Positions 48,690-61,200 of a stretch of DNA of 64,000 bases are shown in pieces (position 1 is the stretch's first letter; the number at the start of each line of letters is the position of its first letter). The stretch covers positions 14,446,001 to 14,510,000 of the forward strand of contig CP158635.1 of assembly GCA_050273025.1 (NCBI GenBank), written 5' to 3'. Both the position numbers and the translations under genes were made by a program. The notes beneath the pieces were generated by a model, which saw only the letters and a list, made by a program, of their open reading frames with translations, made no database searches and was not told the DNA's origin. The DNA is from Cenococcum geophilum. Taxonomy: Eukaryota.

Positions 48690-51600
48690 CCTTCTAAGAT
48701 CTTCTTCCTAGGTTATATAAAAAGATAAGTTTATACTTCTATAGTGCGAATACTAAGGTATATCTATATGCCCAATTCTCTACTCTCTCGTATAGTATTA
48801 ATAGTGTTATTATTATCTCTTCTGTGTTTCTTCTATTAGCTATTATACTTTTATTATTAATATACTCTATAACTAGGCTATACCTTAGTCCGTCTTCGTT
48901 TATAGTAATATTTAAAAGATCTACGTTATAGAAAAGGTATAATATTAGCAATATTAGTAAGCCTTAAGGAATTCCTATTAGTATAGGGAATCTCTCTAAT
49001 ATTCCTTCTAGTAGTTTAATGTATATAGATCTTCTTATAAGGAAGCTTTAAATCCATTTAACCATTAGTATAGGGATTATTAATTTCCATAGGCAGTAAA
49101 AGAGCCTCCAGTATAACACGTTATTAAATACTCCGCTTATATTAAGTATAAGTAGGCTTACTACGTCTTCCTTATCCGTCTACTATGCAGCGTAAATCTT
49201 TTCTAGAAGGAGATATACTACGTATTTACAACTAGCTGCTCCTCTTCTACCTATATAAGTACGTAGTAGGAGGCTATAAGCATCTGCTATAAAGAGCATC
49301 TGCTTTATAAGCACTTTATCCATAACTTTGCCTACTATATTTAGTAGGGCTATTAGTTAGTACATCTTAAGGTCCTTAAAGTCGCCTTTCTTTAGTTTTC
49401 TTAGTACTATAGTAATTAATCTTTAAAAGTATATAGGGTAATATCCTACTATAAGGTATTAGTTAAATAGTTAGGTTAGTAGTTCTTTTAGTTCTTATAT
49501 AGCCTTATAAATTATACGGCTTAGAAACTAGTCCTCTTTTAGTGCTTTATTAGAACTAGTTATTCTAATAGCTTTTTCTACCTCTTATATTTTAATATCC
49601 AAGACCTATAAGGGGTATAGATATTAGTAGTTATATAGGTCTTTTAGATCTATAGGCGGTAGTATTAGGAAAAGGGAGTTTTTAAGGGCTACTACCTTTT
49701 TCTCTACAGTATATTATAGGGTGCCTACTACGTCTCTAATATTTAGCGTAAACGTAGTTTTTATAATATTCTGGTTTTGGGCCTAAGCATATAGGAACTA
49801 GTCCCTTTATATCTTTAATCTTACTTACTCTATTTCTATATTCTATTTTAGTTACTTTCCTAATAACCTTATCCTTCTCTCGCCTTACTATTTATAGTAT
49901 AGTATAGTATTCCTTAGTCAGACGTCTGTCAAAGTGCCTATATATATTATTCCACCTTAATTACTTATATATATTTATCCGTCTATTTTAGTTTAGATTA
50001 CGGGCTAAGTTTAGCTACTAGTATAGAGAGTTTTACGGCTTTAGTAAGGATGTTTATAATTCTAATAGTTACTATATTAATTTAGTCCTATAATAAAACT
50101 AGGGGCATTTTTAGAAAATCTTAAAGTATATTATAGAAGATTTCTTTATTTATCTTTTTAAAGAGTTGCCTAGTTAGTTCCTCTTTTTATTCTAGTTAGT
50201 ATTTAAATACTATTTCTATTAGGAGGTGGCTAGAGCCCTTATTAAGCTCCTTATTAATTCCTATTTAGATTAGGTGGTTTACTATATCTAAAGCAATAAA
50301 GCTAAGGCTAATTGTTAAGGGGTTAATACCTACTCCCTTAGCTAGCCTTATAATAAGCCCCGGCTTAAAGCCTAGCTTAAGCCTATTATTTTCTATTACT
50401 TTAATAAGATATTCCGCTGCTATCCTATAGTTATACCTAGCTTTAGGTCCTCCCTATCTAGAGTAGTAGAGGCTAAAGTCTTCTATAACTATAGTACTAT
50501 AGTCTAATCCAGTAATTTATTTTAAGGTGTTATTTAGCTTTAGAAATATATACCCTCTTAAAAGGCCATATAACTAATTATATGGTAAAAGGGGGTTTAG
50601 GTTATAGATATTAATTAGAGTAATTATATATTATTATCCTTCTCCTTAATTTGTAATTGATACTACTATAAAGTTACTACCGTAATCCGTAATACGGAGG
50701 CATCTAATGAGAATCCTTTTGTTAATAAAAAGATATACCTATGTTTCCTTATAGGGCGGGTAATATAAGTAGAACCTATTACAAATTAGATTTATAGTTA
50801 TAGGGAGGTCCCTTTCTAATCTCTTGCTACACTATACCTCCTAGATAGCAATTATATTATACTACTATATCCATTTGTTTTGTAGGAGTTCCTATATTTT
50901 TATATAGCTTTTTCCTATATTATATTACAGAACCTTAATAGTATAGATATTTAGGTCTTCCGTTATTATAAACGTCTAAATATATCTATCTATAGTAGTA
51001 TAAGTACTTTACCTAAGCTCTATATAGAGTACTACGAGCTCTTACTAAGGTTCGAACCCTTATCTTTAATTTTCGCTTATTTATCTATAACGATTTTAAT
51101 TATCTCCCTTTCCTTCTCTTTCTCCCTTTTTAAATTAGCACTATTTCTACTCTTACTGCGGCTTATTATAGTATTATCTTTAGTTTATTCTTCCTACTCT
51201 TTATACTAGGTTTTACTTTCGTAATATTACGGTTATATCTTTTTATTTATATTAGTAATATATCCCATTTTAGGTTTCTATTATCTATTTCTTTTTCCTA
51301 ACTAAGCTTCCCGTTTAGGCTCCCTATTAGGCTTTATTCGGCCCTTCATTTATTACTTCTATCTATTATTTACGTTTCCATCCTATCTATTTTATTTATA
51401 GTATTTACTATACTTTTAGTTGTCTATAGTAATAGGGATAGAAAGCTCCGTTAGCTTAAACTTTAATACCTTATTTTTAATAGCCTTAGTAATATATATA
51501 CTAGGTTTTTAGGCCAGTATAGGTTTATATAAAGTCTAACTTTTACTTCCTCTATATATACCATCTCCTTTCTATAAATAGAGTAGGCTAGTAACTAGGC

Positions 51601-52295
51601 AGTATACTTGCCTTAATAAAGATAGCACTTAGCCCTTATAGTCTTTTATATTATAATCTTAAGCGGTATATTATCCGCATATCTCTATCTCGCGATATTA
51701 GGTTCCTATATATCTATACTAATAGTATTTAAAACACCACCTTACCTAGTAGGCGCAGTTGTATTTTTTAGTTCTCTTATAGGTGCTATCCTATAGAGGA
51801 CCTTTATATAGATTGCGGCGTTCGCGCCTAGTACGGTCTTAAATTCTAGTACTAGAGATACGTCTCTCTGTTTCTCCTTTAGGGGCTTTAGCTACCTCTA
51901 CTTAACAATCCTATAGTTACTAAATGCCCTACGGTTCTCTAGCTTAAATTTTCTAATTATAGCCTCCTTATCTATATTAGTAATAGACTATATAGGTGCG
52001 CTATATACTACTACTCTATATATAGGTTTTATTACCTAAAAGCTTCTTCCTAGTGTCTTTCCCCACTCGTCTCTATGTCTACGCAGGTTGTTTACCTATA
52101 CTAGTATCTTAGCGAATATAAGAACGTCTCCAGATTTAAGGATCTTTAACACGGTAATCTATGCCTTATTTACCAGTACATTACCTACTTTAGATAATAT
52201 ATTATTTAGCTTCTCCTAAATAGCTTTATACGGCTCTTTAAAGCTCTAAAGGACCTCTATATTAGCCTTTTTATTAAATTTAATAACTATATATC

Positions 52296-55200
52296 TGTTA
52301 GCGACTCAGTTAATCGAGACATAAGCACGGCAAAAGGGTCGCGCAAGCCTGTACGATTGGATTGTCTATAAACGAGAATCTAAAGCTAAAGAAAGGAAAG
52401 GAGAAGAAGGGGAGCGCCGCTCGAAGCTATATACGATCTTCGCGTCACGTGACCGTAATATGCGGCAATCTGTGGCAACTTGCCGGTGCGTAGTTCTGCT
52501 AAGTTCTACTAAGTTCTGCTAGTGCCGTAACATTACCCCCCCTCCAAAAAAGCCTACCCTTAGGCTTTGCTGCTAAAAGTCTTAGCAAGAGAATCTAACT
52601 AATTAGATAACTTTAACCGCCGGTTAAAGTTCCTGGATATCTTAACACCTTATATAACTAAGAAATTTCTAGGGCGTTTTTGTCCTTATGTTCTTCTGGT
52701 AGCTTATTATCTTTATTATACTAGCATTCTATCTACTTATCTAGGTACTTTAGCGGTTTAGGTTTATTAGGGTAACGGCTATAGAACTCCTAAAGCTTAT
52801 AGGGGCTACTTATAAAGTTCTATATAGGGTACTAAGTGGGGTCTAGGTTATATCCTTTCTAACTAATATAATACTTTAACGTTCCCTTTATAAGTTTACA
52901 GGCCAGTATTTCTTTAATTTCCTATTTATTATTATTGCTAACTTAAATTAGTAGGGGAGGTTTATTCTTTTATCCAGGTAGTGGGTTATTTATAGCTTTC
53001 TATAGCTTATCCGGTAAAAAGATAGGGTGGACTTTAATTAAGTTTGGGAGCTTAACCTTATACGAGTTGCCTATTTTATTAAGAATCTTATATAATTCTA
53101 CCATCTTATAGTCTAGCTTATGGCTAGGCCGTTCTGTCTTTTAGTTCTTTGTTATAACCTAGACTATATCGCCTATAGTAAAGTTAGGCTCGCGCCTATA
53201 CTTATTTGCCTACTATTTTATTAACTTTTAGGCCTTTTTTAGGTTTGTACGGGCTACTTTCTAAGCTTCTTCTAAGCGCTTAGCGTACTGCTGGGCTTCC
53301 TTATAAGATAGTTTTTCGCGTATAGTCTAGGGCCCTTTTAGTCTTTCCTAGTTAAAGCTTATATAGGGTAGGTAACCCATTTCTAGTTAAATAGGGGCAA
53401 ATCCGGTAGAGTTGTGGGGTAGGGTCGCTTGGGCGTAGTCTATTAAGGGCAATAGTTTGGCCTAGTTATTCTAGAAGTAGTTAATAAAAGGCCGGAGTCT
53501 CTAGTCTAAGTATTAATTTATAATCTCCGTTTAACCGTCTATCTAGGGGTAATATACCGTAGAAAGCTTTAGCTTAATGCCTAGGATCTAGGTAAACTTA
53601 TTCTAAAAGGCTAATATAAACTGCGGCCTGTGGTTGGATATAATAGTATCTAATAGTTTATAAATTTGGTAGACGTAGTGGATATATAGTTAGGCTGCCT
53701 CTTTAGTATTAATATTTTTATAATAGGGAATTAAGAACGGGCGCTTGCCGAAGCGGTTAACTAGGATTATAACTATATCATATCCGTTACGGTCTAGAGG
53801 TAGCTTATAAAAGTCTATAGAGATATATTACTAGGGGCGGTTAGGTATTAGAAGGGGTTTTAATAATCCTAGGGTTTTATCTTATGGGATTGTAGACCTA
53901 CGGCAGTTGTTGCAGTTCCGTATATAGCGGTTAATATTTATAACCATTCCGGGCCAGTAGTAGCGGTTATTAATAATCCTACGGGTCTTATTCTTTCTGG
54001 GGTGGGCCGTAGAGACCTAGATATGTGCTTTAGTAATAAGCCGAGTCCGTAAGTTCTGTTCCTTTATTACTACTAGCCGTTCCTAATACTTAAGTAATTT
54101 ATTTTCGAGGGACTATGGGCTAGTAACGTTCTTTACCTTTTTACGGTACTCCTATAGAGAAGGGGCCGTACGGTTTATCTACAGTAATTTGTCGATTAAG
54201 TTAAGTCCTAAAGGGTTAATAGGATATATATTGGCGCCTAAAGAGTCTATACTTAGTTTTACCTATATCTGGGGGTTAAGGTGCTCTAGTTATAGTAGCA
54301 TCTAGGTCTATAATAAGATCTTTATAGCTATATAGTCACCTAGGTCTTATTTACGCCTAGTAAGAGCATCTGCATAGTTTATAGCGCCTAGTCTATATAT
54401 AATTAAGAAGTTAAGCTAAGATAGGACATCCGCCTAGCGTGCCTGCCGGGCCGTAAGGGCCTTAGTTATTATAAAGTATTCTAGGGCCTTATAATTTTGT
54501 CGGGAATGAGGCAAGTTGCCGTCACGTGTCGACATGGCCCTAGCGCGGTGAGGAACCTTAAGTTCCTTACCCCTTTCCTCATTCCTAAAAAGAAAAAAGA
54601 ACAACAATTATTATACTATCTACGAACCGTAGCTACGTGATATCCCCTTATAATCCAACACTAATTAGTAGTTAACTTCACAGTTATACTATAGAACAGC
54701 TAGGTTTTCACTAAGAAGAGACAAGCCACTGTACCAGTGCTACTCGTGCTAAAGGAAGCTATCTTTTAAGGTCAGAACTGGTCCTAAACCTTAAATAGAA
54801 CTCTTTCATAAATCTAAGGATCTAAAGGCTAGAACTAGTCCTAAGCCTTTCTAAGATTACGGATTCTTGCGTCTATTACGCAGAATAATACGCTTTATGA
54901 GTCTTCGCGATTTAAGGCTAAAACTGGTCCTAAGCCCCATAACCGCAAATATACGTCATAAACGCGTACTAAATAACAAACGCGTACTAAACAACAAATA
55001 TATATTATGAATGCGTACTAAACGACAATCCCTACACCAATAATACTTCCCTCCCTCCGAAAACATGGCTACGCCTACCTTAAATAACTGGAAAGACTCC
55101 TTACCACTAGGGGTAGCTAAGTACGCGAAACTCATTAATAAAGATTAGGACGAATTCGCCTTTAATATAACAACTTATACCGCAAAACAAGTTAACAGCT

Positions 55201-58200
55201 TTCTCCTACACTATATTATATTCTACCGAAATAGATACTATACTAACTCATAACTATAGAAGTATTTTAGGGAGGATTTTATGGGATGGACTGCTGATAC
55301 CTAGGCACTTAGCAACGTTAATATTATTTAGAACTTTTAAGACTTCCTCCATAGGAATGGGGTATACGTTGCTGAGAACGGTAACCTAATTACTAGCAAT
55401 ATTTAGGCCGTTATTACTAATATAGAAGAACTAATATGGACGGAAGCTAAGATTATACGTTAACTATAGAAACCTAAAAACAACCTATATTCTTTGGAAG
55501 GTAACTTTAATTTATATTAAAACCCCTAGAACACTAACCCCCTACCTAAAGCTGCTCTCCCACCTAGAGGTGCTCTCCTACTTAGAGTTGCTCTACCTCT
55601 ACCTCCTCTACTTTAGCTAACCGGTAAGCCTTTACTATAAGAAGTTATAAATCTGATAAAGGTATATTCGGACGAAGAGAAGAAGTTTAGAGGAGAACTA
55701 TATAATATGCTCGGAGCAAAACTATAGATCTTTTATAACTGTTGTAATAAGGTTGGAATTTAACGCCACTAGTACTATTACGCTTTCTCTATTATATTAA
55801 AGGGACGGGCGGCAACATTCTATTACGACCATATTGCGGGTAAAAACTATAACTTTAATACAATACTTTAGCTCACTAGAGCCCACTTTAAGACCAATAA
55901 GAATCGCCAACTTTATATGTCCAAATGGCGGGAGACTACGTTCTAGAGAGTTATTGCTTCTAACCCAATAAAGACTTATTTAGAGTGCCTTTAACTACTC
56001 TTTAATAAACTCTAAAAAATCTAACGTGGCTTTACCAAAACTTACTAAAATAAGAACAGCCTAAGGGACTAGGTTATCTCAGCATACCGTAGCGTTTATA
56101 AGTGTAACTTAGCGCTATATAAACCTATAGATACGTTTAAAGGAGTATATGCTAAGCTACGCTCCGCTGTAAGTACTGCGATATAAATATAAGAATCTTA
56201 ATAGTTTTATACCGAAAACCCTACCTAACTAAGTATTCCTAACTAATATAATTATAACTGGACTAATTAAATATATAGTGGCCGCGGTAGGGAATACGGA
56301 AGAGGGTATAATTAATGTTAACTATAAGGTAATTATGGAGGTCCTTATAGAGGTTCATTTCAAAGTAATCGCTAGAAGAAATGCTACGTTTGTAAGAAGC
56401 TAAATTACTAGTTAACTAGACACTCCCTTAATAAGCGAAAAGAGGCATATAATAAGTTCCGTCAAAGTATAAGAAACGTTAGAAATTGCGAGGTCACTAC
56501 GGCCTACTTCTAAAGCTTCCTGGTTTAATATAAAGGCGTAAAAGACCTTAAGGGTAAGGTTAATAAGACCAAACAGCTCCTTATAGATATGGAAATTAAG
56601 GACTACTCACCTAACTAATACTTTACTAAGTATGGTAAGGTAAATGGTATATAAACTGTTGCTATCCTTAATAACCAATCTACGCTCCATTTTATTATAA
56701 AGTTAGATATCTTTAATAAGCCAAAGAAGAGCTTTACGTTTTCCTTTAATAACAGATACTTAGCGAATGTCTTTTATAGTATTATGCCGGATACTAGAGC
56801 CGCAGGAGTATCTACAGCAGGAGAACCTTAAGTTCGAGCCCTTTAGTAGCTTAATAGCTCTATTTAGATTAACTATTTAACGGCAGGCTAGTATACGATT
56901 TGTTTTAGTAAAGGTACTATAATCTCTCTCGGCACAATTAGGGTTTAAACCCCCTTAGGGTATATTAGTTTTTACGTTATTCCTATAAACACTCCATTTC
57001 TATTTTGCATTAAAGATATAAATAAGTTAGGCGTTAGGCTTAATAACCTTAAGAATATACTTATTTAGGGAGACAATCGGGTACCTATTATACGCAAGTA
57101 GGGTCACCCCTAGTTGCTCCTTTATTAACTAGAAAAGAGTGTTGCTTAGAGCCACTTAACTAAATCAGAATTACGCCAACTACACTACCGTTTTAGCCAC
57201 CCATCTATTTATTAATTACTTAGGGTTCTTTAGTAAGCAGGCCATAAAGTCAAGGTTAAGGCAATTAAACATCTTATAAAGTATTACCATTACTACCAAA
57301 TGAACTAAAAGTCCCCTGGCCGATTTAAGTTTACCCTTAAAAATAACTATAACTTTAACTTCTATATTATTATTAACGTTATATATCTCAGCGGCAAGCC
57401 AGTGCTCTAAGTTATTAACTTCTTAACCTCCTTCCAAGCCGCGCGTTTCTTAAAAGATATATTAGCTAAAAACGTATAGGAGACCCTTCAGTTATGCTAG
57501 ATTAATGTCTATTTAGGACCCCCTAATTAAATTATCTATAACGCAGGAAAGAACTTCTTATCTATAGAGTTTTAACAATAGATAAAGGTAATGGTAATTA
57601 AGGTTAAGGAAGTCCCTGTTAAGGCATATAATAGTATTAGAAAAGTAAAATAATATTATACGCTATTACGCCGCGTATATAAGATTATCTCTTTAGAACT
57701 AAAGAACGCTAGTAAAGAACTTACCTTATAAATAGCTGTTAAAGCTATTAATAATTCCGCTAGCCTAGATGGACTCATACCTATATTACTAGTCTTTAGC
57801 GCCTACCCTTAAATAACTAACGATTCTCTACTATCTCCTTCTGTTATGCAATAAGCCAAGGCTATTCGCAAGGCAATAAAGGAGGTACAACGTCTCTACG
57901 CTATACGCTAGGTCAACAATGCACTAGGAATAAGAAATGGCCTAAACACCTTAATTACGCTCAATCTGCCACTTTAGTCTAAGGTACACATATGGCGTAA
58001 AAAGGGAGGATAGTTAGGCCTATACCAACTCATTACAATTAATGGTTAAACTTATACTATTTAGATGCCTTACAGACCTACTTAATTCCGTTTAACTATT
58101 ATTAAGCCTTACTATAAAGATAATAATTTTAAGCCTTTACAGGATGCCTTAGAAGATACCCTAGAAGAGAACTATAATCAATATGCTCTAGAAGGCGACT

Positions 58201-61200
58201 ACAATCCTAATATAATTGTAGTAGATGCGCCACAACCATGACGCGGCAGAGGTCGCCCGAAGGGATCACAAAATCGCCAATATCTTATTAATTTTAAAGA
58301 ATAATTTGTTACCGCCATTAAGAATAGAGTTAAGTTATTAATGGCCTTTATAACAGCTAAGGAGAAGGCTAACTTTAAACTTGTAAAATAGCTCTAAAAG
58401 AAAGGTCGTATTATAACTTTAGGAGTTCCTTTCCAAGCATCCGATAAGTAGGAGATCGATAGTCTTATTATAAGAGGAGTCTTTAAATTCGAGAAGTATA
58501 ACCCTACTAAGTTCGATAGAGTTTACATCTTTAAGTTAAGAATAGTTAACAAGATTAAGGGTAAAGCTACTAATGCCCTATTTAAGAAATTAAGGCTTAT
58601 TATCTAAGGCTATAACAATAATGGCAAGGAGGTAATTCTTACGCAGTCTCCTATAATTCAACGAGCTAGTTAGCAAGTTATTATTATGCTAGCTCCCTCC
58701 TTAATAAAGAATAGAATAGCAGTTTATTTATAAGATATTACTTAAGCCTACACCTAATTAGAGACGCACCTTTAGCGCTTAATATTAGCATACCTTCCAA
58801 AGCAAATTCACCACCAGTATCCTAAAGATACGATTATAGTTATACTTAAGCCATTATATAGAATTGCAAAGGCAGGAACTTACTAGTAGGCTACCTACAG
58901 CAAGCACCATAAAAAGAAGCTTTTAATAACTACTTCTATATTCAATCCCTACTTCCTTATCACAACTACAGGAACTCCGTTCGGAATTATCGGCATACAA
59001 ACTAACGATATAATTATCTTAGGGGACGACCAATTCTTAGCTCTTAAAGAAGATAAGCTAGTAAAGGTAAATCTTATAGCAAAGCCAAAAGAAAAGCTTA
59101 ATTTAATAACACCATTACTCTTTAATAAATGCATCCTCTCCCTAAATAAGGATTCTATTGCTTTACGCCAGAAGGGTTAAGGTAAGAAGATCGATATTAT
59201 TAACGTTAATTCCCTAAAGCAAGGATACGTAGAGCAACGCGCTCGCAAAGCTTATATTACTTCTATCTATTAACCCAAGGCTTTATTCAATCTCTTTGTT
59301 ACCGCCTAACACCAGGAACTAACTAAGGACAACGTTCTTACCCTAAATAAATGTCTTTCCTAGCAAATAAACCATCTTAATTAGGGACTACTCTACGTGC
59401 CTATTAATCTTCCTACCGCTAAGCTCTTTATATTTATTAATAGATCGTTTATAAACAATAAAGATTTTAGCTCCTAGCTAGGATATAAGATTATTATCGC
59501 GAATAAATCTACCGGAGATAATAACTTCACAATCCACGGCAATCTTATCCATTAAAGCTTAACTAAAAGTAAGCGCGTTACTTAAAGCGTTCTAGCGTCA
59601 GAGATATATAAAATAGTTGGCGGAGTTAATATAGCAATTGCAATTAGAACTACCCTTAAGATAATTATAGACCGACTTAAACTTCCTACTATCCCTACAA
59701 TCGTGTATACCGACTTATATTCCCTCTATAAGTGTTTAGTTAAGCTTAGTACCATAAAGGAGAAACGCCTTATAATCGATATTATGGCACTTCGGCAGTC
59801 CTATAAGCGTTAAGAACTCTTTAAGATCTAATAGATTAATAGCTAAGATAACCCGGTAGATATAATAATAAAGGTAAACCTAAACAAGGCACTAGAGACG
59901 TTCGTTAACACAAATACTCTACATATACGAGTTAAAGGTTAGGTTAAGAGGGAAATTTAGAGAAGTTAAGATCTTATAGAACTTCAACCGCCGGTTAAAG
60001 TTGTCTAATTAGTCAGATTTATGCTAAGAGCGCCGCGCCTAATTAATTCGGGTAGCGGTGTAGAGTTCTGCTAACACTAGTCGTTGAGCTAGCTAATTAG
60101 GATTTTCCATCCCCGGGATGGAAAATCGCCATTGGCTCGCTTACTACTAGCGCCTTGGCGGCCCCTATATCTTCGCGTTATCCGCCAAATCCTGCTAACT
60201 ACCGCATTATCGCATATTGTCGCATATTGTTTGGTATTGTTATACACTATCTGGTATTATTATACACTGTTGGGTATTATTACATCCTATCTGTTTATAT
60301 ATATATAGATAGCAACTATAAAAAGAAGAGTTGCTAGTGTCGGGAATGAGGCAAGTTGCCGTTACGTGTCGACATAGCCCTAGCGCGGTAAGGAACCTTA
60401 AGTTCCTCACCCCTTTCCTCATTCCTAAAAAGAAAAAAGAACAACAATTATCATACTATCTACGAACCGTAGCTACGTGATATCCCCTTGTGATCCAACA
60501 AATTTAATACTACTTTAATGGGTTTAGGGGTCCCCTCTAGCTATACACGCTAGTGCTAAAAGCTAGAGATAATAGCCAGCATTTCTTTATTATAGATATG
60601 GTAGTTTAGTTTAGTATCTATTATAGTCTTTAAATAGTATACGATAGGGTGCTATTCTCCGTCCGGTTACTTCTAGAAAAAAACACTAGCTATTACGCTA
60701 TTTAAGGCATTAGTTTCTAGTATTAAGGGCCGTTCTAGGTTAAAGTGGGTAAGTAGGGGGGCTGACACTAGCCGTTTTTTAAGCTTATTAAAGGCCTGTA
60801 TATATATAGCGTTAAAGTAAAAGGGCTAGTCTTTCCTAGTAAGGCGGTTAAGAGGCCGGGTAATCCTGCTGTAGTTCTTAATAAAGCGTTAGTAGAAGTT
60901 ACAGAAACCTAAAAACGATTGCACCCCCTTTACGGTCCGTGGGGGCGTCTACTAATTAATTATAGTCGTTTTCTCTGGGTTGGCCTTAATTCCGTCCGTG
61001 CTGATAATAAAACCTAGGTACTTTATACGCTTAACGCTAAATTCTAACTTCTTAATATCGGCCTGGAGGCCAGCTTCGCGGAGCTATTATAGGACTTTAT
61101 GGACGTGCTCCTCGTATTCCAGTTTGTTCTTTAAGTAGATTATAATATTATCTAGATAGGCCGTATAGAAGTTGTTAAGGTAGTTAAAGAGTATATCGTT

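Larger units (their letters stand above)
40342..52295 (-). mobile_element. Tad-like LINE (ORF1 zinc knuckles, AP endonuclease, RT, RNase H, CCHC), split by Gypsy F and cut by Gypsy C
   Basis: De-RIPed CFKCHQYGHIGTQC ~51735-51695, GDFxLHH ~50485, GIPQGSP ~48975, YIDD ~48860, WVPSH..GNEQAD ~41095-41055, CxC..QT..HVLIEC ~40725-40678. Confidence 0.9.

Noticed and set aside
34646..59134. Two similar minus-strand MHLLKSNG ORFs
   Set aside because: Antisense shadows of the Copia RT in elements B and D.
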